Assembly (NCBI GenBank): GCA_050701635.1
Contig: JBOGDF010000001.1
Coordinates: 1 to 63,256 of the forward strand
DNA length: 63,256 bases
Reading direction: 5' to 3'
DNA from: Micromonosporaceae bacterium
GTDB lineage: Bacteria > Actinomycetota > Actinomycetes > Mycobacteriales > Micromonosporaceae
The notes beneath the pieces are model-generated. The model saw only the letters and a program-made list of their open reading frames with translations. It was not told where the DNA came from and made no database searches. A program made the position numbers and the translations under genes. Below are positions 32,413 through 41,705 of the stretch, piece after piece (within the stretch, counting starts at the first letter, position 1; every line of letters starts with the position of its first letter).

Positions 32413-34482
32413 GTGACGGGTTCCCCTCAGCGTCGGCGGTTACTGCCGCTCCTCGGCGGCCACTCCGGACGCAGCGCCATGACCTGCCAGTACCGGTGCG
32501 GCAACGCCTGCGACCACCCCGCGCCGAACATCTCGGACAACTCGTACTTCGGCGACATGCTCGCCAAGGCGGTGTCCCGCCGGGGGATCTTCAAGGTCAG
32601 CGCTGCGGGCGCCTTGGTGGTCGGCGCGGGCGTCGGCGCCGGTACGGCGATCGCCGCGGTCCAGAAGGAGCCGGCGTCCGGCGCGGGCGGCGCGCTGACG
32701 TTCCGGCCCGTACCCCCGAACACGCTGGACACCGTGGTGGTGCCGAACGGGTACAAGCAGGCGCTGGTGGTCGAGTGGGGTGACCCGATTCTGCCAGGCG
32801 CGCCGCCGTTCGACCTGGACAACCAGACCGAGGCAGCGCAGCTGCAGCAGTTCGGCTACAACTGCGACTTCCTCGCCGTACTCCCGCTGAACGCCGACTT
32901 CACGCGAGCCCTGCTGGTGTCCAACCACGAGTACACCGACGAGAACCTGATGTTCCGGGGTTTCACCACCCCGGACGCGATGACCGTCGAGCAGGTCAAG
33001 GTCGCGATGGCGGCGCACGGGTTGAGCGTGGTGGAGCTGGCGCGGGTCCACTCGACCGGCCGCTGGCGGCTGCGGCGGGACCGGCTGCGCTACAACCGCC
33101 GGATCCACACCGCGACGCCGTTCGCCTTCACCGGCCCGGCCGCCGGCAGCGCGCTGCTGAAGACCGCCGCCGACCCGGCCGGCACCACCCCGCTGGGCAC
33201 CCTCAACAACTGCGCCGGCGGCGTCACGCCGTGGGGCACCATCCTCTCCGGCGAGGAGAACTTCAACCAGTACTTCGTCGGCGGCGACGGCGCTCCGGCA
33301 GAGCTCAAACCCAGCCTGAAGCGGTACGGCATCGACATCGTCAACCGCTACCCCAGCGGCAGCCGTAAGTGGGACCGCGCCGACGAGCGGTTCGACCTCG
33401 CCAAGCACCCCAACGAGGCGCACCGACAGGGCTGGATCATCGAGCTCGACCCGTACAGCCCGCAGTCGACGCCGCGCAAGCACACCGCGCTGGGCCGCTT
33501 CAAGCACGAGGGCGCCAACGTGATCGTCGCCGGCAACGGGCGCGCGGTGGCGTACATGGGTGACGACGAGCGCTTCGACTACATGTACAAGTTCGTCTCC
33601 GACAAGACCTACCGGGAGGGCACCAGCCCCGCCGACCGGGAGCACAACAAGACCCTCCTGGAGTCCGGCTCGCTGTACGTCGCGAAGTTCGCGTTCACCA
33701 GCGCGGACGAGATCGACGGCTCCGGCAAGCTGCCCAGCGACGGCGCCTTCAACGGCACCGGCACCTGGATCCCGCTGGTACGCAACGGCGAGTCCCTGGT
33801 CGAAGGCATGACCGTCGACCAGGTGCTGGTGTACGCCCGGATCGCCGGCGACAAGGTGGGCGCCACCAAGATGGACCGCCCCGAAGACGTCGAACCCCAC
33901 CCGACCACCGGCAAGATCTACGCCGCGCTCACCAACAACAGCCGGCGCGGCACCACCGGGCAGCCCCCGGCGGACGAGGTCAACCCGCGCAACGCCAACA
34001 AGCACGGACACATCCTGGAGATCACCGAGGACGGCGGCGACAACACCGCCGAGACCTTCACCTGGACGCTGCCGATCGTCTGCGGCGACCCGACCGACCC
34101 GTCGACGTACTTCATGGGCTTCGACAAGTCGCAGGTCTCGCCGATCTCCTGCCCGGACAACGTGGCGTTCGACAAGCACGGCAACCTGTGGCTCGCCACC
34201 GACGGCAACCAGCTCGGCCACAACGACGGGCTGTTCGCGGTGCCGCTGGAAGGCGCCGAGAAGGGCCACCTGAAGCAGTTCCTCTCGGTGCCGGTCGGCG
34301 CCGAGACCTGCGGGCCGTTCATCACGAAGGACAACAAGAGCGTGTTCGTCGCCGTACAGCACCCGGGCGAGGTGGACGGCGCCACAGTGGAGGACCCGGC
34401 GTCGACCTGGCCGCACGGCAACTACGCGAAGCCGGCCGTGGTCTGCACCTGGCGCTCCGACGGCGCCGAGATCGGCAAGTAG
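32413..34482 (+). CDS. phoX: PhoX-family (DUF839) alkaline phosphatase, Tat-exported
   Basis: GTG 32413 lies 5 nt after AGGAGG. It has the twin-arginine motif QRRRLL and the PhoX blocks NHEYTD, NCAGGVTPWGT, RFKHEGA, DRPEDVE and CPDNVAFD. Confidence 0.85.
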   Translation: MTGSPQRRRLLPLLGGHSGRSAMTCQYRCGNACDHPAPNISDNSYFGDMLAKAVSRRGIFKVSAAGALVVGAGVGAGTAIAAVQKEPASGAGGALTFRPVPPNTLDTVVVPNGYKQALVVEWGDPILPGAPPFDLDNQTEAAQLQQFGYNCDFLAVLPLNADFTRALLVSNHEYTDENLMFRGFTTPDAMTVEQVKVAMAAHGLSVVELARVHSTGRWRLRRDRLRYNRRIHTATPFAFTGPAAGSALLKTAADPAGTTPLGTLNNCAGGVTPWGTILSGEENFNQYFVGGDGAPAELKPSLKRYGIDIVNRYPSGSRKWDRADERFDLAKHPNEAHRQGWIIELDPYSPQSTPRKHTALGRFKHEGANVIVAGNGRAVAYMGDDERFDYMYKFVSDKTYREGTSPADREHNKTLLESGSLYVAKFAFTSADEIDGSGKLPSDGAFNGTGTWIPLVRNGESLVEGMTVDQVLVYARIAGDKVGATKMDRPEDVEPHPTTGKIYAALTNNSRRGTTGQPPADEVNPRNANKHGHILEITEDGGDNTAETFTWTLPIVCGDPTDPSTYFMGFDKSQVSPISCPDNVAFDKHGNLWLATDGNQLGHNDGLFAVPLEGAEKGHLKQFLSVPVGAETCGPFITKDNKSVFVAVQHPGEVDGATVEDPASTWPHGNYAKPAVVCTWRSDGAEIGK

Positions 34483-34542
34483 CCGCATCGGGTACGGCCA
34501 GCCGGCCGCGCTCTGGCTGGCCGTACCCGAGGCGCTGTCTGG

Positions 34543-37368
34543 CTACCGGGATTCCAGCTCTGCCAGCCGGCGCCGTACGTCGTCCGCCTCCGCCACCTCG
34601 AGTTCGGTGAAGATCTCCAGGGCGCGCAGCAGGGCGTCCCGGGCCGCGGCGGGTCGGCCCGAGCCGTGCTGGGCGGACGCCATCTCGACGTACACCCAGG
34701 CTTCCTGGTTGCGGTTGCCGAGCTGCTGGAACATCGTGCCGGCCTCCCGCAGGCAGGCCATCGCCGGCTCGTGGCCACCCGCCGCGGTACGCGCCTTGCC
34801 CAGCACCTTGAGCGCCCAGGCGACGCCGACCTCGTCCTCGATCTGCCGGGCCGCCGTCACCGCGTGACCCGCCACCTCGACCGCCTCGTGGTGGTTGCCG
34901 GTGTCGACGAGCATGTCCGCCAGGTTGATCAGCGTCGACGCCTCGTCGTAGGTCTCCCCGATCTCCCTGGCGATCTCCAGACTCCGCCGCAGGCTGCGCA
35001 TCGCGTCGTCGTACTGCTGCAGCTGGTGCTGGATGATCCCCAGGTTGCCGTACAGCCGGCCCGCCGCGCCGCGGTCGCCAAGCTGGTCGTAGTGGTGGAG
35101 CGCCTGCTGGTAGTGCGCGACCGCCTCGGGGAACCGGTGGACGTCGGCGTGGACGTTGCCGAGCCCGGTGAGCATGCACGCCTCGCCGTACCGGTCACCG
35201 ACCTGCCGCGCCGACATCAGACCAACCTCATGGGTGGTACGCCATTCGTCCATCGCCTGCCGCATGTAGAGGTAGTGCCACACCCGATGCGCCAACCGCC
35301 ACGCCGTACCGTGCAGCCCCTGCGCGGCGGCCAGCCCGACGCCGGCGAGCAGGGCACCGCGCTCCGCGTCGTACCAGCCGAGCGCGCCGTCCCGGGTGTC
35401 GAACAGCTCCGGGCGCGGCGGCGTCTCGCCGGACTCGTACCTACGGGTGCGGCCCGGACGTACCAGCTGGTCCGCCCATCCCGCGACTTCCACGTACCAG
35501 GCGAGCACCCGCTCGACCACCTGGTCACGGTCCGGATCCCGGTACGCGTGCTCCAGGGCGTACGCCCGCAGCAGGTCGTGATATTCGTACCGCCCGGAGC
35601 TCCGCTGCTGCAGCAGGTTGGCATCGATCAGGCGCCGCAGCAGCCGCTGGGTCTTCCTGACGGGTGTCCCGAGCAGGGCCGCCGCCGCGGGCACCGACAG
35701 GTCGTTGACGGGGTGCAGCGCCAGCAGCCGGAACGCCCGCGCCAGCTCCGGCTCGAGAGCCCGGTACGACCAGTCGAACACCGCGCGCAGGTCGCCGGCA
35801 GCGTCCCCTCCGGCGTTGAGCACGTCGAGCCGGCCGGGTTCGTGAGCCAGCTCCGCGGCCAGGTCCGACAGCTGTTCCGGCCGGCGGATCGCCTGCTCGG
35901 CGACGATCGCCAGCGCCAGCGGCAGGTGTCCGCAGCGATCCGCCAGCGCGGCGACGGCGTCCGGCTGGGAGGCGGCACCGGGCCCGAGGGCGGTCACCAG
36001 GTAGCGGGCCGACTCGTCGGCGGGCAGCTGGCCCAGGCTGATCCGGTGGGCGCCTTCCCGCACGGCGAGGCTACGCAGCTGGCTGCGCGAGGTGACCAGC
36101 ACCAGTGCGTCGCGGCCCGGCAGCAGCGGGCGTACCTGCTCGGCGTCACGGGCGTTGTCCAGCAGGATCAGCGTCCGGCGCCCGGCGAGCGTGGAGCGCA
36201 GCAGGGCGGAGCGGCTGTCCAGGTCGGCGGGGACGTCGGCGACTCCGATCGCCCGCAGCAGCGACTCGGCGGCGGCCGCGGGGTCGGTGGGCTCGCCGGG
36301 GCCGTACCCCCGGAGGTTGAGATGCAGCTGCCCGTCCGGGAACCGGTCGACCACCCGGTGCGCCCAGTGCACCGCCAGCGCAGTCTTTCCGACCCCGCCG
36401 GTACCACCCACCGCCGCGATCACCACCGGCGAGGACGCGCCCCGCTCCCAGTCCGGGAGCAGCTTGTCCAGCCGAGCCAGATCGCCGGCGCGCCCGGTGA
36501 ACCGCCCGACATCGGCCGGCAGCTGCCGCGGCACCGGCGGCGGCGTGCCGGGGTCGGGTGCGGGCGTGCCGGATGGGGCGAGCGCGGAGCTGCCGAGCGG
36601 GTCCGGCACGGCACCGGGCGGGTCCAGGGCGGGGTCGCGATTCAGGATCGCCAGATGCAGCGCCTGCAGCTCCGGGTCCGGATCGACGCCCAGGTGGTCG
36701 CGCAGCCGTACCCGGAGCTCCTGGTACGCCCGGAGCGCGTCCGCCTGCCGGCCGGAGCGGTACAACGCGGTCATCAGCCGCTGCCACAGCGGCTCGCGCT
36801 GCGGGTGGCGCTGGGTGAGGTCCCGCAGCTCTGGCACCAGGTCGGCGTGGCGCCCCTGCCGGAGCAGGACATCGATGCGCAGCAGCGTGGCGGTGAACCA
36901 CTCCTCCCACAGTCGCGGCCCGTGGGCGGTACGCAGCCGATCCGACGGTACGTCCTCCAGCGGCTCACCCCGCCACAGCGCCACCGCGTCCGCGAGCAGC
37001 GACAACACCTCGCCGTCCGGGGCGCTCCCGGCCTGCCTGACCAGCTTCCGGAACTGGTGTGCGTCCACCGCGCCGGCCGCCACCGACAGTCGATACCCGT
37101 CGGTCACGGTCTCCACCGAGCCGGCGCCCAACTCGCGCCGCAGCCGCGACACCACCATCTGCACGGCGTTGCGTACCCGCGTCGGCTGCGGCCCGTCCCA
37201 CAGCGACTCCGCCACCGACTCCAGGGTCAACGGCCGCGGCGCCGCCAGCGCCAACGCCGCCAACAACACCCGCGGCTGACGACCGCCCAGGTCGACGCGC
37301 CGGTCGCCGGCGTGCACCGTCAACGGACCCAGCAGTCCGACCCGCAACCGATTTCCCACGGCCAGCAC
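34543..37368 (-). CDS. AfsR/SARP-family regulator (OmpR-type wHTH, BTAD, NB-ARC ATPase, TPR)
   Basis: N-terminal LRVGLLGPLTV and a BTAD (YRSGRQADALRAY). Walker A is GGTGGVGKT. The C-terminal TPR repeats have Y..AL motifs. Confidence 0.85.
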   Translation of the reverse strand: MLAVGNRLRVGLLGPLTVHAGDRRVDLGGRQPRVLLAALALAAPRPLTLESVAESLWDGPQPTRVRNAVQMVVSRLRRELGAGSVETVTDGYRLSVAAGAVDAHQFRKLVRQAGSAPDGEVLSLLADAVALWRGEPLEDVPSDRLRTAHGPRLWEEWFTATLLRIDVLLRQGRHADLVPELRDLTQRHPQREPLWQRLMTALYRSGRQADALRAYQELRVRLRDHLGVDPDPELQALHLAILNRDPALDPPGAVPDPLGSSALAPSGTPAPDPGTPPPVPRQLPADVGRFTGRAGDLARLDKLLPDWERGASSPVVIAAVGGTGGVGKTALAVHWAHRVVDRFPDGQLHLNLRGYGPGEPTDPAAAAESLLRAIGVADVPADLDSRSALLRSTLAGRRTLILLDNARDAEQVRPLLPGRDALVLVTSRSQLRSLAVREGAHRISLGQLPADESARYLVTALGPGAASQPDAVAALADRCGHLPLALAIVAEQAIRRPEQLSDLAAELAHEPGRLDVLNAGGDAAGDLRAVFDWSYRALEPELARAFRLLALHPVNDLSVPAAAALLGTPVRKTQRLLRRLIDANLLQQRSSGRYEYHDLLRAYALEHAYRDPDRDQVVERVLAWYVEVAGWADQLVRPGRTRRYESGETPPRPELFDTRDGALGWYDAERGALLAGVGLAAAQGLHGTAWRLAHRVWHYLYMRQAMDEWRTTHEVGLMSARQVGDRYGEACMLTGLGNVHADVHRFPEAVAHYQQALHHYDQLGDRGAAGRLYGNLGIIQHQLQQYDDAMRSLRRSLEIAREIGETYDEASTLINLADMLVDTGNHHEAVEVAGHAVTAARQIEDEVGVAWALKVLGKARTAAGGHEPAMACLREAGTMFQQLGNRNQEAWVYVEMASAQHGSGRPAAARDALLRALEIFTELEVAEADDVRRRLAELESR

Positions 37369-37454
37369 GGTACCGCGCCGGGCCCAGTCAGCTGGTGGCC
37401 ACTACACCGAGCAGGGGCGCCCCTCCGGTACGGGAGGGGCGCCCTGCTGTGGCG

Positions 37455-38831
37455 TCAGCTCAGCGAGAACTCCTGGGTCTGCGGGTTGAGGTGGCCGAGC
37501 CGGATAGCGCTGCCGGTCTCCGCACCCGTGTACCGGAAGACGTTCAGCCCTTCGGTGATGTTCGACTCGTAGATGAAGTTGTTGTACCAGTACGAGGACC
37601 ACGCCCCGCCCAGGTCCGGCGGGGACAGCGCCGGCGGGTCGGACCAGCCGAGCGTCACCGGGTTCGCCGGGTCGGTGAACTCCGTGACCCAGGTGCCGGC
37701 CTGGTAGTTGCCGCTGACCATCACGTACCGGCCGTTGCGCAGCGGCACCACGTTGTAGTTGTGGATGGTGCAGTTCTCCGCAACGCCGTCCTGGCCGCGT
37801 GGCAGCGTCCACTGGCCCAGCTTGGCGCCGGTCCGCGCGTCGTAGAAGAACGCGCTCTTGTCCACCGCCGGGTCGGTGCTTTCGCACTCCGGCGCGACGC
37901 CGCCGCCCGGCTCCCACCCGGCAACCAGCACCTTGCCGTCCCAGGTGAAGGACGCGGAGTGCCAGCGGCCGTTGGTGCCGGCCTGGCCGACGCCGGGCTC
38001 GCTGATCACGTACAGGAACTCCGGGTCGGCGAGGCTGCCGCCAGGGGTCGCGTTCGCACCGACGTCGAAGACGTTGATCGCGTCGGCGTGGGCGCAGGCG
38101 AGCAGGTTGACCGTACCGAGGATCAGCCCGGCATCGTGACAGCCGGTACGGATATCGGTCAGCGGGCCGGTCAGCGGCTCCCGGCGCAGCAGACTGGCCC
38201 CGCCCGGGTTCGCCAGCGGCACCTCGATCACGTCGATGAAGTCGCCGACCGGGTCGTCGTTCACCCGGGTGTTGTCGACGCAGCCGGAGCTGCTGGAGTT
38301 GTTGCTGTAGACGATCAGCCGGTCCCCGTCCCGGGCCCCGGTGAGCGTGTGGGACCCGCACGGCAGCGACACCGCCGCGAGCAGCGCCGGATCGCTCGGG
38401 TTGCTGACGTCGAAGACGTGTACGCCCTCCCAGCCGGCCGGTACGGTCACGCCGTCACAGTCGCGGTCGACCGTCTTCTTGGTGTTCCAGGAGCGCACCA
38501 GGATCGAGTCCCAGACGAAGATGTCGCCCTGGTCGCCGTTACAGCCCTGGTGAACCAGCTCCGCCGGCGCGTCCGGGTCTGAGATGTCGATGATCCGGAA
38601 GCCGTCGTAGTTGCCCTGGTACGCCAACTTCCCCCAGAACGCGATGTCGGAGCTGGGGTGGCGTACGCCGTCCGGCTCGCCGAGGAACGTCGCGGGATGC
38701 GGGCTGTGGCCCTTGGCGTGCAGGTTCTGGGTATGCGGGCGGTCGGCGTGCGAGGCCATCACCGCCGACGGGACGCCGACCACGCCGGCCGCCACTACTG
38801 CGAGGAAGAGCAGGGGTCTGCGGTACCGCAT
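37455..38831 (-). CDS. Secreted beta-propeller-like protein (LVIVD-repeat-like)
   Basis: It has a signal peptide and repeated G..I.D.S/F.V motifs (GFRIIDISDP, GVHVFDVSNP, INVFDV). The family assignment comes from memory of the LVIVD repeat. Confidence 0.55.
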   Translation of the reverse strand: MRYRRPLLFLAVVAAGVVGVPSAVMASHADRPHTQNLHAKGHSPHPATFLGEPDGVRHPSSDIAFWGKLAYQGNYDGFRIIDISDPDAPAELVHQGCNGDQGDIFVWDSILVRSWNTKKTVDRDCDGVTVPAGWEGVHVFDVSNPSDPALLAAVSLPCGSHTLTGARDGDRLIVYSNNSSSSGCVDNTRVNDDPVGDFIDVIEVPLANPGGASLLRREPLTGPLTDIRTGCHDAGLILGTVNLLACAHADAINVFDVGANATPGGSLADPEFLYVISEPGVGQAGTNGRWHSASFTWDGKVLVAGWEPGGGVAPECESTDPAVDKSAFFYDARTGAKLGQWTLPRGQDGVAENCTIHNYNVVPLRNGRYVMVSGNYQAGTWVTEFTDPANPVTLGWSDPPALSPPDLGGAWSSYWYNNFIYESNITEGLNVFRYTGAETGSAIRLGHLNPQTQEFSLS

Positions 38832-38992
38832 GAGCTGCCTCCTTACGGAGAGGGGTGTGCCCGCAAGCTACGTCCGCGACCATGCGCTGGGACGCACGGA
38901 TCCCCAGAACCGGCCGTGCGTACCGCGATCACCAACCGGTCGGCGGATCGAGGTATCGGCCGGGCGCCGCTCACGCGGCCCGTACGGCAGGG

Positions 38993-40042
38993 TCAGCCGG
39001 TGCGGCTCACCACGAAGTCGCAGAGGCCTTCGAGGGCGCGGCGGGCCGCGCGGTCAGGCAGGCCGGCGAGCAGCGTACGGGCCTGGTCGGCGTACTGGGT
39101 GAGGGCCTCGCGGGCGCGGGCCATGCCGTCGGAGGAGCGCAGCAGCTGCAGCGCCTCGGCGACCAGCGCGTCGTCCGTCACGGGGCCGTCGATGATCTCC
39201 CGGAGCCGGCGACCGGCGGCATCGTCGGTGGCCAGCGCGTACAGCACCGGCAGCGTGGCGATGCCTTCCCGCAGGTCGGTGCCGGGAGTCTTGCCCGACT
39301 CGGCGGACTCCGACGCGATGTCGAGGATGTCGTCGGAGAGCTGGAACGCGATCCCGATGATCTCGCCGTACTCCGCCAGCGCCTCCACGGTCGCCTCGTC
39401 GGCACCGGAGAACATGCCTCCGAAACGCGCCGACGCCGCGATCAGCGAACCGGTCTTCTCGGCGATCACGTACCGGTAGTGCTCGATCGGGTCGTCTCCG
39501 GGGCGCGCGCCGGTGGTCTCCCGGATCTGCCCGTGCACCAGCCGGGAGAACGTACGCGCCTGGATCCTTACCGCCTCCGGGCCGAGGCCGGCGACGATGT
39601 CGGAGGCGCGGGCGAACAGGTAGTCGCCGGTCAGGATCGCCACCGTGTTGGTCCACCGGGAGTTGGCGCTCTGCGCCCCGCGCCGTACGTCGGCCTCGTC
39701 CATCACGTCGTCGTGGTAGAGCGTGGCCAGGTGGGTCAGCTCCACCACGGTCGCGGCGTCGGCCACCTCCGGCGCGTCCGGGTCGTCGCCGAACTGTGCG
39801 GCCAGCATCACCAGCAGCGGGCGGAACCGCTTGCCGCCGGCGTCCACCAGGTGGCTCGCGGCGTCCACCACGAACTGGTCGGCGCTGCTCACCGCGGTGT
39901 GCAGCCGTTCCTCGATCGCGGCCAGGCTGGCACGTACCCAGGCGTCCAGCTCCGGGTCGATCAGGTCGACGCCGACCGCGGAGAACGCCCGCGCGAACGA
40001 CGGCCCGTGCGTAGCGTCCAACACAGCCCCCACCTCAGACAC
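38993..40042 (-). CDS. Polyprenyl diphosphate synthase (long-chain, menaquinone side chain)
   Basis: FARM is LYHDDVMDEAD. SARM is FQLSDDILD. Confidence 0.85.
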   Translation of the reverse strand: MSEVGAVLDATHGPSFARAFSAVGVDLIDPELDAWVRASLAAIEERLHTAVSSADQFVVDAASHLVDAGGKRFRPLLVMLAAQFGDDPDAPEVADAATVVELTHLATLYHDDVMDEADVRRGAQSANSRWTNTVAILTGDYLFARASDIVAGLGPEAVRIQARTFSRLVHGQIRETTGARPGDDPIEHYRYVIAEKTGSLIAASARFGGMFSGADEATVEALAEYGEIIGIAFQLSDDILDIASESAESGKTPGTDLREGIATLPVLYALATDDAAGRRLREIIDGPVTDDALVAEALQLLRSSDGMARAREALTQYADQARTLLAGLPDRAARRALEGLCDFVVSRTG

Positions 40043-40121
40043 AGCCCAACCTCCAGCCTGACATCAACCGGCGTCAGCCGTGTCAGCCATCAACCCCCAC
40101 GAATGCCGCGGCAGATGAACG

Positions 40122-41705
40122 CTAACTTACGAAGCCAGCGGCCTGCGCGGCCAGGTCGAGGATCGGGGTCGGCGCCACACCCAGCAGCACCGTGGCCAGT
40201 ACGCCGATCGACAGCGCCGCGGCGGTCAGCCCGCCCGGCACCGACACCGCGGGGGTGTCCTCGGCCGGCTCGGACAGGTACATCAACACCACCACGCGCA
40301 GGTACGGGAACGCGATCACCGCGCTGGTCAGCACCCCGACGATCACCAGCGCGATCTGGTTGGCCCCCATCGCCGCCGAGAACACCGCGAACTTGCTGGT
40401 GAAGCCGCTGGTCAGCGGGATCCCCGCGAACGCCATCATCAGGAAGGTGAACAGCGCGGCGATCAGCGGGGACTTCTTGCCCAGCCCGGCCCAGCGGGAC
40501 AGGTGGGTGGCTTCGCCGTCGGCGTCGCGTACCAGGGTGATGATCCCGAACGCGGCCAGCACCGCGAACCCGTACGCCACCAGGTAGAACATCGTCCCGG
40601 CGACGCCCTCCGGGGACAGCGCCAGTACGCCGGTCAACACGTACCCGGCGTTCGCGATCGACGAGTAAGCCAGCAGCCGCTTGATGTCGGTCTGGGTGAC
40701 CGCCAGCACCGCGCCGATCACCATCGTCGCGATTGCGATCACCACCAGCACCGGCCGCCAGTCGACCGCGCCGACCGGGAACGCCACGGTGAACACCCGC
40801 AGCAGCCCACCGAACGCGGCGACCTTCGTACAGGCGGCCATCAGCGCGGTGATCGGGGTCGGGGCGCCCTGGTAGACGTCGGGGGTCCAGACGTGGAACG
40901 GCACCGCGGCGGCCTTGAACAGCAGCCCCACCGCGAGCATCGCCAGCCCGAGCACGAGCAGCGTCGGGGTGCCCTCACCCGCCTCGGCCGCCTTCCGCAG
41001 CCCCGCCAGCTGTACGGTGCCCGCGTAGCCGTACAGCAGGGCGACGCCGTACAGGAAGAAGGCCGAGGCGAAGGCACCCAGCAGGAAGTACTTGACCGCC
41101 GCCTCCTGGGACAGCAGCCGGCGCCGCCGCGCCAGACCGCACAGCAGGTAGAGCGGCAGCGAGAAGACCTCCAGCGCGACGAACAGCGTCAGCAGGTCGT
41201 TGGAGGCGACGAACAGCATCATGCCGCCGAGCGCGAACAGCACCAGCGGGTAGACCTCGGTGGCTCCGGGGGCGTCGGCCTGCTCCCGGTCCGCGGACGA
41301 GCCGGCGGTGACCGAGGCGCGGGAGACGAAACCGCCGCCGCGCTCCAGGGAACGCTCCGCGATCAGCAGCACCGCGACGATCCCCAGCACCGCGGTCGCA
41401 CCCTGCAGGAACAGTGCGGGCCCGTCGATCGCGATCGCCGCCCCCGCGGTGGTCAGGCCGTCGTTGGTCCAGGTCTCCGGCCGCAGCGCCACCCAGATCA
41501 CCACGCCCAGCGCCGCGACCAGCCCGAACAGGGTCAGCGGCACCTGCAGCCGGTACCGTGCCGGCCGCTCCGCGAACGCCTCCACCAGTACGCCGACACA
41601 CGCCGCACCGAACAGCACCAGCATCGGCGCGATCGCGAGGTAGTCGATCGACGGCAACCGCACCTCCGGCGCCGCCAGCGCCGCGAAAGCGAGCTGCGTA
41701 CTCAT
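40122..41705 (-). CDS. nuoN: NADH-quinone oxidoreductase subunit N
   Basis: Last gene of the full operon. It has the block FKAAAVPFHVWTPDVYQGAPTPITA. Confidence 0.9.
   Translation of the reverse strand: MSTQLAFAALAAPEVRLPSIDYLAIAPMLVLFGAACVGVLVEAFAERPARYRLQVPLTLFGLVAALGVVIWVALRPETWTNDGLTTAGAAIAIDGPALFLQGATAVLGIVAVLLIAERSLERGGGFVSRASVTAGSSADREQADAPGATEVYPLVLFALGGMMLFVASNDLLTLFVALEVFSLPLYLLCGLARRRRLLSQEAAVKYFLLGAFASAFFLYGVALLYGYAGTVQLAGLRKAAEAGEGTPTLLVLGLAMLAVGLLFKAAAVPFHVWTPDVYQGAPTPITALMAACTKVAAFGGLLRVFTVAFPVGAVDWRPVLVVIAIATMVIGAVLAVTQTDIKRLLAYSSIANAGYVLTGVLALSPEGVAGTMFYLVAYGFAVLAAFGIITLVRDADGEATHLSRWAGLGKKSPLIAALFTFLMMAFAGIPLTSGFTSKFAVFSAAMGANQIALVIVGVLTSAVIAFPYLRVVVLMYLSEPAEDTPAVSVPGGLTAAALSIGVLATVLLGVAPTPILDLAAQAAGFVS

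Noticed and set aside
34543-37368. The NB-ARC/TPR STAND architecture could indicate an Avs-like antiviral STAND NTPase.
   Set aside because: The N-terminal OmpR-type wHTH plus BTAD is the standard AfsR/SARP regulator layout in actinomycetes. No nuclease or other effector domain is present.
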